A DNA stretch of 8,880 nt, taken from the NCBI RefSeq assembly GCF_006345805.1, contig NW_021828301.1, forward strand, positions 1-8,880, written 5' to 3'. The notes below the pieces were generated by a model. That model did not search any database and had not been told where the DNA came from. It saw only the letters and a list, made by a program, of their open reading frames with translations. Made by a program: the position numbers and the translations under genes. Source of the stretch: Octopus sinensis. Its lineage: Eukaryota. The stretch's first letter is position 1. Each line of letters starts with the position of its first letter. Below, piece after piece: positions 1-8,790 of the stretch.

Positions 1-250
1 GTTGACTCACGGCCACTAAAACCTTAGATTGACTAATGTACTCATGGTATTTCGTATGAAAATAATTCACTGGTCAGACAAATTAACATAATGCTACTAG
101 TGTTCATGACTTCTGAGTGACGATGTGAAAAGTCAATCCCAGTTTCATTTCAACTCAGTAAAATTCCTAACTAGTCACACAGAGTGTTGAAGTCAAATTT
201 GTTTTCACTATCCGCACTGTGATATAACGTTAACATAGCAAATACATATA

Positions 251-660
251 GGCGCGGGAGTGGCTGTGTGGTAAGTAGTTTGCTAACCAACCACATGGTT
301 CCGGGTTCAGTCCCACTGCGTGGCATCTTGGGCAAGTATCTTCTGCTATAGCCCCGGGCCGACCAATGCCTTGTGAGTGGATTTGGTAGACGGAAACTGA
401 AAGAAGCCTGTCGTATATATGTATATATATATGTATGTGTGTGTTTGTGTGTCTGTGTTTGTCCCCCTAGCATTGCTTGACAACCGATGCTGGTGTGTTT
501 ACGTCCCCGTTACTTAGCGGTTCGGCAAAAGAGACCGATAGAATAAGTACTGGGCTTACAAAGAATAAGTCCCGGGGTAGATTTGCTCGACTAAAGGCGG
601 TGCTCCAGCATGGCCGCAGTCAAATGACTGAAACAAGTAAAAGAGTAAAAGAGTAAGAGT
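251..660 (+). mobile_element. tRNA-derived SINE, full length (copy 1; octopus-type, CORE-like central domain)
   Basis: Pol III A-box-like TGGCTGTGTGGTAAG and B-box-like GGTTCAGTCCC are followed by TCTTGGGCAAGT (CORE-like). An internal (TA)/(TG) tract of ~47 bp precedes a conserved 3' part that ends in a tandem AAAAGAGT tail. Highly similar to the copies at 1221, 4643, 6695 and 7645. Confidence 0.93.
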
Positions 661-699
661 ATGTGTGTATGTGTGTTTGCTTATGTATGTCTATGTATC

Positions 700-731
<32 letters not shown>

Positions 732-808
732 TGTATGTATGTATGTATGGATGGATGTTTGTGCTGTGTGTGTATGTCTGTATGTGTGTGCGTATGTACG
801 TGCCTGTG
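661..808 (+). repeat. compound (TG)n/(TATG)n microsatellite abutting the SINE tail
   Basis: Pure TATG run at about 702-749 within a TG-rich tract. Confidence 0.95.
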
Positions 809-920
809 TAAGTTAAGGCTTTTACGTTGTTGCTTAACCCATTAATCATCCCTGATCGAGAATTATCTATTTTAGTCATGATCTCGTCTATCTTTCTACG
901 CAGATACATTCTCTCTAATA

Positions 921-999
921 TTACATACACTATCCAATGTATTGGGCTGTGATTTTGACCTGCTATTTCCTGTATCTTGAGTCACCACGAAAAGCTTCC
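921..999 (+). repeat. degenerate fragment of an old interspersed repeat (copy a)
   Basis: The motifs TATCCAATGT...TGTGATTTTGACCTGCTATTTC...GAGTCACCACG resemble 7103-7236 and 7310-7481. Confidence 0.4.
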
Positions 1000-1220
1000 A
1001 TTATTGACTAGTTTTTGCATTCTCTCGTGGTGGTCGTGTCTTCTGTGATAATGTTACTGACGTCTTCTACACATCTCATCTCACTCTCGTCTACGTTTTA
1101 CTCTCTCATTAACCTTACTATATTTCATTAATTTCGCTGCTTCCATTTTCCTGCAGTGATTATCTCTTGTTGCAACTGCACAACGTTGAATTGCGCAAAG
1201 CTGGAATACTGAATAACTTA

Positions 1221-1630
1221 GGCGCAGGAGTGGCTGTGTGGTAAGTAGCTTGCTAACCAATCACATGGTTCCGGGTTCAGTCTCACTGCGTGGAATCTTG
1301 GGCAGGTGTGTCTTCTACTATAGCCTCGGGCTGACCAATGCCTTGTGAGTGGATTTGGTAGACGGAAACTGAAAGAAGCCTGTCGTATATATGTATGTAT
1401 ATATATGTATGTGTGTGTGTTTGTGTGTCTGTGTTTGTCCCCCTAGCATTGCTTGACAACCGATGCTGGTGTATTTACGTCCACGTCACTTAGCGGTTCG
1501 GCAAAAGAGACCGATAGAATAAGTACTGGGCTTACAAAAGTATAAGTCCGGGGTCGAGTTGTTCGACTAAAGGCGGTGCCCCAGCATGGCCGCAGTCAAA
1601 TGACTGAAACAAGTAAAAGAGTAAAAGAGT
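1221..1630 (+). mobile_element. tRNA-derived SINE, full length (copy 2)
   Basis: Collinear with copy 1 from GGCGCAGGAG to the (AAAAGAGT)2 tail with only scattered substitutions. The flanks differ from copy 1, so this is an independent insertion. Confidence 0.93.
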
Positions 1631-1768
1631 AACTGACTCCTTCGGCCTTACTAGCATAAATATTCTAGATCCTACCGAAACATACTTCTGTTTTCATTTC
1701 TATTGTGAATAAGATATACCAACTGAACTTGCTTTATAGTAGGGAATATAAGTTTGAAAATTGTTATA

Positions 1769-1804
1769 GTTTTGTTTTTTGTTTTGTTTTGTTTTGTTTT
1801 GTTT
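1769..1804 (+). repeat. (GTTTT)n microsatellite
   Basis: Direct reading of the sequence. Confidence 0.9.
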
Positions 1805-2106
1805 CATTTTTGCTATACATTTTGTCTCCTACAGTTACACTCAGACACAATCATTGTATATTGTCTGCCTAGCTCTCAAGTATAGGGTGAACGCAATTAA
1901 AAGCCTTAAGTAGCTACAGATACTAGGTTTCACAATTCCTGATCATCTCCTCTTGCAATTTCCTTTTCATAACTGCAAGACCTGCATCGTCAAATCTTCG
2001 TCCACACGACTAGAAAATACTTCAGCTTCCAACACTTTGAATTGTGGTCGATAATAATAAACTTTTGATACATTTCATAAAGGCTTACCATAACACTGAG
2101 TCTTAA

Positions 2107-2603
2107 TTGTTTATGTATTAAGTCTACTGCAGGCCAATTAATCATATTGACATAGACCAATCATTGATCGAAATAAAGCAATCCAATAAGTGTTTTTCTA
2201 TAAAATTCGATCAACTGTAGTTAAGATCTTTTAGTTACTCCTATCGTATGATGTGATAGCTAATGTATTTCTGGAAATAGACTGTTAATGTATTATCAAA
2301 GTAAAAACAAGTTCATTTTCTGGAAGCATATTTGGAGTGACAAAAATTATTTTCCCCACAAGACCTATCTGTTTATTGATATATGTTGGAAGGTTTTGAA
2401 ATAAATTTTTGCACTATTTTTTAAAATAATATTTGTTTTCACATTTGATTCCTGTAGTTGTTTTTCATATAGGGGTTTCCACATAGATTTTCAAAAATTT
2501 TCGTTACAGTATAAAGCGTTTGGAATCGTGTGAATCCATATTAATATCAGAAGTTGTTAAAGTTTCCCTCGTCAGAAATAATTCAGTCATATGTTTCTTA
2601 TTT
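2107..2603. repeat. old ~0.5-kb duplicated unit, copy A (decayed, possibly coding/LINE-derived)
   Basis: Collinear with 4462-4642 plus 5053-5360, about 75% identical by hand alignment. Shared blocks include GACCAATCATTGATC, TTTCTATAAAAT, GTTGGAAGGTTTTGAAATAAAT, TTTGTTTTCACATTTG, TTTGGAATCG and CAGTCATATGTT. Confidence 0.85.
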
Positions 2604-2870
2604 CTGTTTAATTTCTAAGGGCAACAGAGCTTGTTGATATCTCTAGGCTACAATATCTATAGAGCAGCTTGCATTCTTAACTTTTTCAGAAATAAGTCTA
2701 TGTATTCATGCATATCGTCTTCCTTATTAAATTCAGAAAGAAAAAAGAAATAGAAAAGAAAGAATAGGCTCCTATGTAAATAGGAAGCTTACTTTGTTAA
2801 AATCCAAACAGAAATAGTTTGAAAAACAAGTCGCTGGACGAACTCTAAATCAAAAAGGATCTCGAAAATT

Positions 2871-3105
2871 TTTATTCATCAACTCATGGCTTGAATTTTC
2901 AAAAGTAGAGATGATTCTCCGTTGATTATTTTCCGTCCCCGAGTGTCCTATGTCCTTCCTTAGAGTTATTTCTTTCGGCATGAAGCAACACCGAATATTA
3001 TTATTACCGCTAAAAATATGAATGTATCGGTCAGGGATAAGAAGCCACATCTGGCTAGGCTCTCTCGTTTTTGTCACCGCTGCAGTATTGGTCATTTGTA
3101 ACAAC
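2871..3105 (-). other. candidate exon of an unidentified minus-strand gene
   Basis: Branch-point CTAAC (3135-3131), a pyrimidine tract and AG (3107-3106) precede the exon start. One reading is a terminal exon VVTNDQYCSGDKNERA* (3105-3055) with AATAAA at 2876-2871. The other is a 98-nt internal exon ending at CG|GTAATA (GT 3007-3006). No recognisable homology. Confidence 0.25.
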
Positions 3106-3331
3106 CTTTGTAAACAAAGAAACATGAAAGGTTAGCCAGGAAACAACGAGATTTCACTGTTTCGAGCTGTTCTGTCCCTTTGTTTTCAGTTTCCTTCACT
3201 CTTTGAGCAGAACTTCTGTCTTACTTCTTGACTCATATGAAGCCTGGTACCAGGACAATATTTACCGGTGATATTTGATGCAGTATGGAAAATATGTTCA
3301 TAGTGCATCAAGTATCACATTGTAATACAAA

Positions 3332-3724
3332 TCTTTATATATAAAAGTCAAGTTGTGTGTCTGTCTCCTACGATTTAGATTCCTAACTACTCCCACATTT
3401 GCCGTGCAGTTTAAACAAAACCGGTATCTTATAGTCGTGATTCATATCGATCCCTTAGGGTATTAGCGCGCGTCAACGATGAGTCTACGATTTTAAAAAT
3501 AATTTACCATAATTTTTTCCATTTTTAATGCATTTTTTCGCTATTATATAAGGGAAGTAACTCTCTAAAAATGTCTACGATCAGTCAACGATTTAAAAAA
3601 AAATTACCATCATTTTTTTTCCATTTTTAATGCATTTTTTGCTATTTTTTGGCTATAACTCTCTAAAAATGCTTATATAGTTATTTCCCTTACAAATCCG
3701 AGCAACGCCGGGCGATACTGCTAG
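3332..3724 (+). mobile_element. non-autonomous Helitron (rolling-circle element)
   Basis: Starts TC after a host A (a|TCTTTATATATAAAAG) and ends CTAG before a host T. A GC hairpin CCGAGCAACGCCGG (3698-3711) lies 9 nt upstream of CTAG. There is no TSD or TIR and no ORF. These are the canonical Helitron termini. Confidence 0.85.
3472..3671 (+). repeat. two-unit ~101-bp tandem duplication inside the Helitron
   Basis: Units 3472-3572 and 3573-3671 share GTCNACGATNAGTCNACGATTT, TTACCAT, TTTTTTCCATTTTTAATGCATTTTTT and TAACTCTCTAAAAATG. Confidence 0.9.
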
Positions 3725-3998
3725 TCTTCTATATATTTCATGCTGTGCTCCACTCACAAAATACGCTGCGTATAAATAAGCCTGGTGCTTGCAAATGCGG
3801 TGTGAATGACCTTCTATGTATGTTGGATAATCTAATCCAAAAGGGTGCCCATAGTATCCTTCTTTTCACAAAAATTGAAAGAGTTTCCCCTTGAGAGTTG
3901 GTATCGTAATGTGTAGCTTGAGTAAGTTACAAAAGAAATTGGATCGTGGTTTATTCATCGTTATGCAAACAACATTCGGTATTTGCGTTTAAGTGTTC

Positions 3999-4080
3999 GT
4001 GTGTGAGTGTGTGATTGTGCGCGTATGTGTATGTGTGAGAGAGAGAAAAAGAAAGAGACGTACTGACAGAGAGAGAGAGA
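3999..4080 (+). repeat. imperfect (TG)n-(AG)n microsatellite
   Basis: Direct reading of the sequence. Confidence 0.8.
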
Positions 4081-4155
4081 AACATTAAAAATAAAGAGTT
4101 GAAAGACTCTTGTAAATATATTTAAGTACGCATGTACATATGAATCTATGAGTCA

Positions 4156-4455
<300 letters not shown>

Positions 4456-4461
4456 ACATGT

Positions 4462-5360
4462 TTGTTTGTGTACTAAGTTTACTACAGACCAATTAAGCAC
4501 ACTGACGCAGACCAATCATTGATCAAAATAAACAATATCAAGTTAGTATCTTTCTATAAAATGCGAACAACTGTATTCAAGATCTTTTTTGTTCCTTCTG
4601 TAGTATAAATGTAAAAGCTCTCTGGGAAGCGAATTTTGATATACTCTTTTACTCTTTTACTTGTTTCAGTCATTTGACTGCCGCCATGCTGGAGCACCGC
4701 CTTTAATCGAGCAAACTCGACCCCGGGACTTATTCTTTTGTAAGCCCAGTACTTATTCTATCGGTCTCTTTTGCCGAACCGCTAAGTAACGGGGACATAA
4801 ACACACCAGCATCGGTTGTCAAGCAATGCTAGGGGGACAAACACAGACACACAAACACACACACTTATATATATATATATACATATATACGACGGGCTTC
4901 TTTCAGTTTCCGTCTACCAAATCCACTCACAAGGCATTGGTCGGCCCGAGGCTATAGTAGAAGACACTTGCCCAAGATGCCACGCAGTGGGACTGAACCC
5001 GGAACCATGTGGTTGGTAAGCAAGCTACTTACCACACAGCCACTCATGCGCCTATGTCATCAAAGTAATAACAAATTCCCATCTTGAAATATATTTGGAG
5101 GGACAACAATGACTTTCACACAATGCCTCTATACTTACTAATATAGGTTGGAAGGTTTTGAAATAAATCCTTGTACATTGATTTTTAACTTTTGTTTTCA
5201 CATTTGGTTCCTGTTGTCGTCATTCACACCATAGTTTTCACATAGGAATTCAAAAACTTACTTTACAGTATAGTGTTTGGAATCGGGTGTATCTATTCCT
5301 GTAACAGAGATTGTTGAAGTTTTCCTCTGCAGAAATAATCCAGTCATATGTTCCTTATTT
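4462..5360. repeat. old duplicated unit, copy B (4462-4642 + 5053-5360), interrupted by SINE copy 3
   Basis: Removing 4643-5052 restores collinearity with 2107-2603. Confidence 0.85.
4643..5052 (-). mobile_element. tRNA-derived SINE, full length, inverted (copy 3)
   Basis: Reverse complement of copies 1 and 2, from GGCGCATGAG to the AAAAGAGT tail. TAT occurs on both sides (4640-4642, 5053-5055), a possible 3-bp target duplication. Confidence 0.93.
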
Positions 5361-5391
5361 ACAACCATTTATAGTGTTCCTACACACATAC

Positions 5392-5404
5392 ATTCCTCCC
5401 TCCC

Positions 5405-5436
<32 letters not shown>

Positions 5437-5565
5437 TCTTTCTCTCTTAGTATCTCTCTCCTCTTTTTCTCCCTATATATATATATATATATATACATAC
5501 ATATGTGTGTGTATATATATATATATGTATATATATAATACATAAATATGTGTGTGTGCATATTA

Positions 5566-5605
<40 letters not shown>

Positions 5606-5668
5606 CATTATTGGTGTTGAAGAAATGGAGCTGACGCAGATTGAACAGAAATCGTATTTATTTCACAC

Positions 5669-5723
<55 letters not shown>

Positions 5724-5890
5724 ATATATATATACATACATACAAACATACATACATCATGCATACATACATACAAAGATACATACATGCATACATGCAT
5801 TCATACATGCATAATACATACATACATACATACATACATACATACATACATACATACATACATACATACATACATACATACATGTGTATA
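5392..5890. repeat. compound microsatellite block (CT)n-(TA)n-(CATA)n with a unique island at 5605-5671
   Basis: Direct reading of the sequence. It explains ORFs 5311-5538, 5355-5561 and most of 5759-6073. Confidence 0.95.
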
Positions 5891-6172
5891 TGTTTGTGTG
5901 ATATTTCCTCTTCAAAGACAAAATATCTTGTGATGTTTTGTAACTTTAATGCATTAAAAGACGTTAACCAATGTGCTAAGAATGAGATAAGAATACAAGC
6001 TTACCAACTCATTATTTTTATTGTATTATTTACCTTAGAACCCATTAGGAGATGCATTTCCGTCTTTATTTAACGCAATTCATAGTTAAATATTCATTTC
6101 AAAATAAGAGATGCTTGATTCTCTTGTAAATCTCTAATTTTTTCTTTTCAATCTGTAATTGTCATCTGCAAG

Positions 6173-6306
6173 AATTCACACTATATTACGGAAAAGTTAC
6201 TAGAAAGCATTGCAGGGCAATTGCCCGAAGCGTCAAACCTCTTCGCTTCTTCACAACAAACTGATTCCAAAGGCGAATTCATGGAATGTACCTACATTCA
6301 ACTACC
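6173..6306 (+). other. candidate 134-nt internal exon
   Basis: A T-rich tract and AG (6171-6172) precede an open frame NSHYITEKLLESIAGQLPEASNLFASSQQTDSKGEFMECTYIQL, followed by donor-like CC|GTGAGG. The segment is GC-richer than its flanks. No recognisable homology. Confidence 0.2.
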
Positions 6307-6397
6307 GTGAGGAGTGGAAAGTCTAAAGTTATGGGTCCTTACTTTTCTACAGAAAGTAGAGTATGATGAAGGTGCTGTGATACCGTGAAGCTTCTTT

Positions 6398-6441
6398 TTA
6401 ATTAATTGTAAATTTAATTGTAAATTTAATTAATTGTAAAT
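6398..6441 (+). repeat. short tandem repeat TTAA(TTAA)TTGTAAAT x3
   Basis: Units at 6398-6413, 6414-6425 and 6426-6441. Confidence 0.85.
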
Positions 6442-6461
6442 TTGAATTTATCATTCTCCAA

Positions 6462-6592
6462 TACAGCGAGTTTAGAAAATCGTTGATGCGTCGGACAAAA
6501 TGCTTGATGGTATTTCTTCCAGTTCTTTACCTTCTGGGCTCAAACTCCGCTAAAGGTCAGTTTTACCTTTCATTCTCTCAGAACCAATAGAA
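6462..6592 (+). mobile_element. degenerate 5' part of a second tRNA-derived SINE family (OK-like octopus SINE from recollection)
   Basis: A-box-like GAGTTTTAGAAAATCGTTG and B-box-like GGGCTCAAACTCCGC are present, with GGACAAAATGCTT...GGTATTTC and TTTTACCTTTCAT. These resemble an abundant octopus SINE consensus as I remember it; no search was run. Confidence 0.6.
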
Positions 6593-6597
6593 TGCTA

Positions 6598-6676
6598 TTT
6601 TCTCAGACATTGTATATCTTGGATAGAAGTCCTTACCTTAAGGACCTCTATCCAAGATATACAATGTCTGAGAAAA
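6598..6676. other. 79-bp near-perfect inverted repeat (38-bp stem, 3-nt CCT loop, one mismatch)
   Basis: Arm 6598-6635 (TTTTCTCAGACATTGTATATCTTGGATAGAAGTCCTTA) is the reverse complement of 6639-6676 except A6628 opposite C6646. Confidence 0.97.
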
Positions 6677-6694
6677 AGATTAACAAAAAAATTT

Positions 6695-6858
6695 GGCAGT
6701 AGGAACGGCTGTGTGATAAGTAGCTTCCTTACGAACCACATGGTTTCGGGTTCAGTCCCACTGCGTGACACCTTGGGCAAGTGTCTTCTACTATAGCCTC
6801 GGGCCGACCAAAGCCTTGTGAGTGGATTTGGTAGACGGAAACTGAAAGAGGTCCGTCG

Positions 6859-6895
<37 letters not shown>

Positions 6896-6926
6896 TGTGT
6901 GTGTGTGTGTGCGTGTGTGTGTGCGT

Positions 6927-6957
<31 letters not shown>

Positions 6958-7046
6958 CGTGTGTGTGTTTGTTTGTTTGTGTGTCTGTGTTCATTCTCCC
7001 AACATCGCTTGACAACCGATGCTGGTGTGTTTACATCCCCGTAACT
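6695..7046 (+). mobile_element. tRNA-derived SINE (copy 4), diverged, 3'-truncated, expanded internal (TG)n
   Basis: Head and CORE-like region match copies 1-3. The internal tract spans 6859-6990. Similarity stops at CCCCGTAACT and the ~140-bp 3' tail is missing. Confidence 0.9.
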
Positions 7047-7102
7047 CAAATATTGAACTCAGTTCATGGATCTTCCGTACCTTTGCAGACCCCAAGAGTT
7101 AG

Positions 7103-7236
7103 ATGACCATTGTTTGAGAACTACTGATCTGGAACTACGTTTTCCAATGTATCCTTCTTTTTCAAGACAGTAAGTTGTAATTTGTTATCGATTTGGGATA
7201 CTATTGCAATCAGGTCGAATGGTCACGTAGAGATTC
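7103..7236 (+). repeat. degenerate old interspersed repeat (copy b)
   Basis: ACCAT...TCCAATGTATCCTT...TGTAATTTG...GATTTGG..ACTATT...CAGGTCGAATGGTCACGTAGAG is collinear with 7310-7481. Confidence 0.5.
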
Positions 7237-7309
7237 ATTACTGGCTTGTTTCAATCGTATTTTAATACAGAACAATTATTTTAAATGTTGCTCTTTATCC
7301 ACAATTCTA

Positions 7310-7481
7310 TGATCAAAGACGTCACAACTGTAACCATCCTTTTTTTTTTTTTTTTTTTCAAACATATTTTATTCAGAAACACAATATCAAACCTCTATTT
7401 TTCCTTTATCAAAATCGTGTGATATGAAGGATACTTGGTTGCTATCTCTAGCAGGTCAGATGACTGTATACAAGCTGCCTC
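7310..7481 (+). repeat. degenerate old interspersed repeat (copy c), includes T19 at 7340-7358
   Basis: ACCATCC...TGTGATATGAAGGATACTTGGTTGCTATCTCTAGCAGGTCAGATGAC resembles copy b and 921-999. Confidence 0.5.
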
Positions 7482-7644
7482 ATAGATTAATACCGTTTCA
7501 AAGTATCAAGCTACAACATGATCTCCGGCTGTGATTGAGGAAAGGTTCTGAGCAATGTTGAGAATTCAACTACCCAAAAATAAATATCAGTTTCACATTC
7601 ATTTACCAATATTATAAAATTTTTAGTTGCAGTCTTGTTGCATA

Positions 7645-7796
7645 GGCACAGGAGTGGCTGTGTAGCAAGTAACTTGCTTCCCAACCACATGGTTCTGGGT
7701 TCATTCCCACTTCGGAAAGTGTCTTCTACTATAGCCTCGGGCCGTCCAAAGCCTTGTGAATGGATTTGGTAGACGGAAACTGAAAGAATCCCGTCG

Positions 7797-7832
<36 letters not shown>

Positions 7833-7860
7833 TGTATGTATGTATGTATGTAGTTGTATA

Positions 7861-7900
<40 letters not shown>

Positions 7901-8161
7901 TATATATGTATATATTATGTATGTATGTATGTATGTATGTATGTATGTATGTATGTATGTGTGTGTGTGTGTATATGTTTGTGTGTATGTGTTTGTCCCC
8001 GATGGTGGTGTGATTACGTCCCAGTAACTTAGCGGCTCAGCAAAAGAGACCGATAGAATAAGTACTAGGCTTCCAAAGAATAAGTCCTGGGGTCGATTTG
8101 CTCGACTAAAGGCGGTGCTCCAGCATGGCCGCAGTCAAATGACTGAAACAAGTAAAAGAGT
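7645..8161 (+). mobile_element. tRNA-derived SINE (copy 5), older variant with small deletions and ~200-bp internal microsatellite
   Basis: Runs from the GGCACAGGAG head to the AAGTAAAAGAGT tail. It has a ~10-bp deletion after the B box and a ~19-bp deletion after GTTTGTCCCC. The internal tract spans 7797-7994. Confidence 0.92.
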
Positions 8162-8192
8162 CTAGACTCATTGGACCCAATTACCGACATGC

Positions 8193-8260
8193 ATGTATGT
8201 ATGTATGTATGTATGTATGTATGTATGTATGTATGTATGTATGTATGTATGTATGTATGT
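8193..8260 (+). repeat. (ATGT)17 microsatellite
   Basis: Direct reading of the sequence. Confidence 0.97.
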
Positions 8261-8790
8261 AGTGCTAGAAACTACACCTTCAATCGCACCTTGAGCTAAT
8301 AATCAAGATTCTTATCGAATCCTGACAGGAAGAGGCTTGGCAAAACTTTATCGGTCATACAATAAATATGGATTTAGGTGGGAACCCTGACAGGCGATTG
8401 GTTTATTTTCTTCTTGACGATTCATTTAAAAATACCCGTTTAGTAAAAGACAAATTGTGTTTTATGTTCAGCTAACTGAATGTTATATTTTGTATTACAC
8501 TAAAATGTGTTACATGTTGCGTGAAAATCTCTTGATGTTTCCTTTTATTCTTTTTATGGTGTTTTAAGGGTTTTGGCAAAAGGAAATGCGTTGTGGCCAT
8601 GACCTTTTCAAATACTTTGAGAAATAAGATAGTGATGCTGTTGATGGATGATTTTAACTTCTGTGAGGTGAAGGCTGAATGAGGGTAGGGATTTCCAGGG
8701 AGATGGTACTGGAGAAGAAAGATTGGGTACGGTCCTTATAAAGGAGAACATCACATTGCTTATCTAGGGATTTCGTTGTCAAAGTTCAAA

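Noticed and set aside
251-325. tRNA genes at the SINE heads
   Set aside because: They have A/B boxes but continue into CORE-like and tail domains in every copy. They are SINE heads, not standalone tRNAs.
810-1055. Minus frame open apart from one TGA (selenocysteine or mitochondrial-code NUMT idea)
   Set aside because: No similarity to mitochondrial proteins or selenoproteins that I recognise. The frame overlaps an old repeat remnant and runs into a microsatellite.
251-1630. Segmental tandem duplication of SINE copies 1 and 2
   Set aside because: Similarity ends exactly at the SINE boundaries and the flanks are unrelated, so these are independent insertions.
3727-3894. Plus-frame peptide KPGACKCGVNDLLCMLDNLIQKGAHSILLF...RV resembling ALAD/porphobilinogen synthase (LPGVARYGVN.LEEMLRPLV..GLRCVLIF)
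   Set aside because: About 14 of 38 identities to a sequence recalled from memory. The catalytic DVCLCxYTxHGHCG motif does not follow and splice sites are unconvincing. Such a short match is expected by chance; a blastx with significant E-value would be needed to revive it.
5135-5245. Functional minus-strand exons in copy B bounded by GTAAGT donors (…TLYCK|gtaagt; …FQPIL|gtaagt)
   Set aside because: The homologous positions in copy A lack the donors and carry stops, and upstream acceptors are weak. These are best treated as chance motifs in decayed sequence.
6398-6441. Repeat-spacer (CRISPR-like) array
   Set aside because: These are contiguous 12-16-bp AT-rich slippage units without spacers, in a eukaryotic context.
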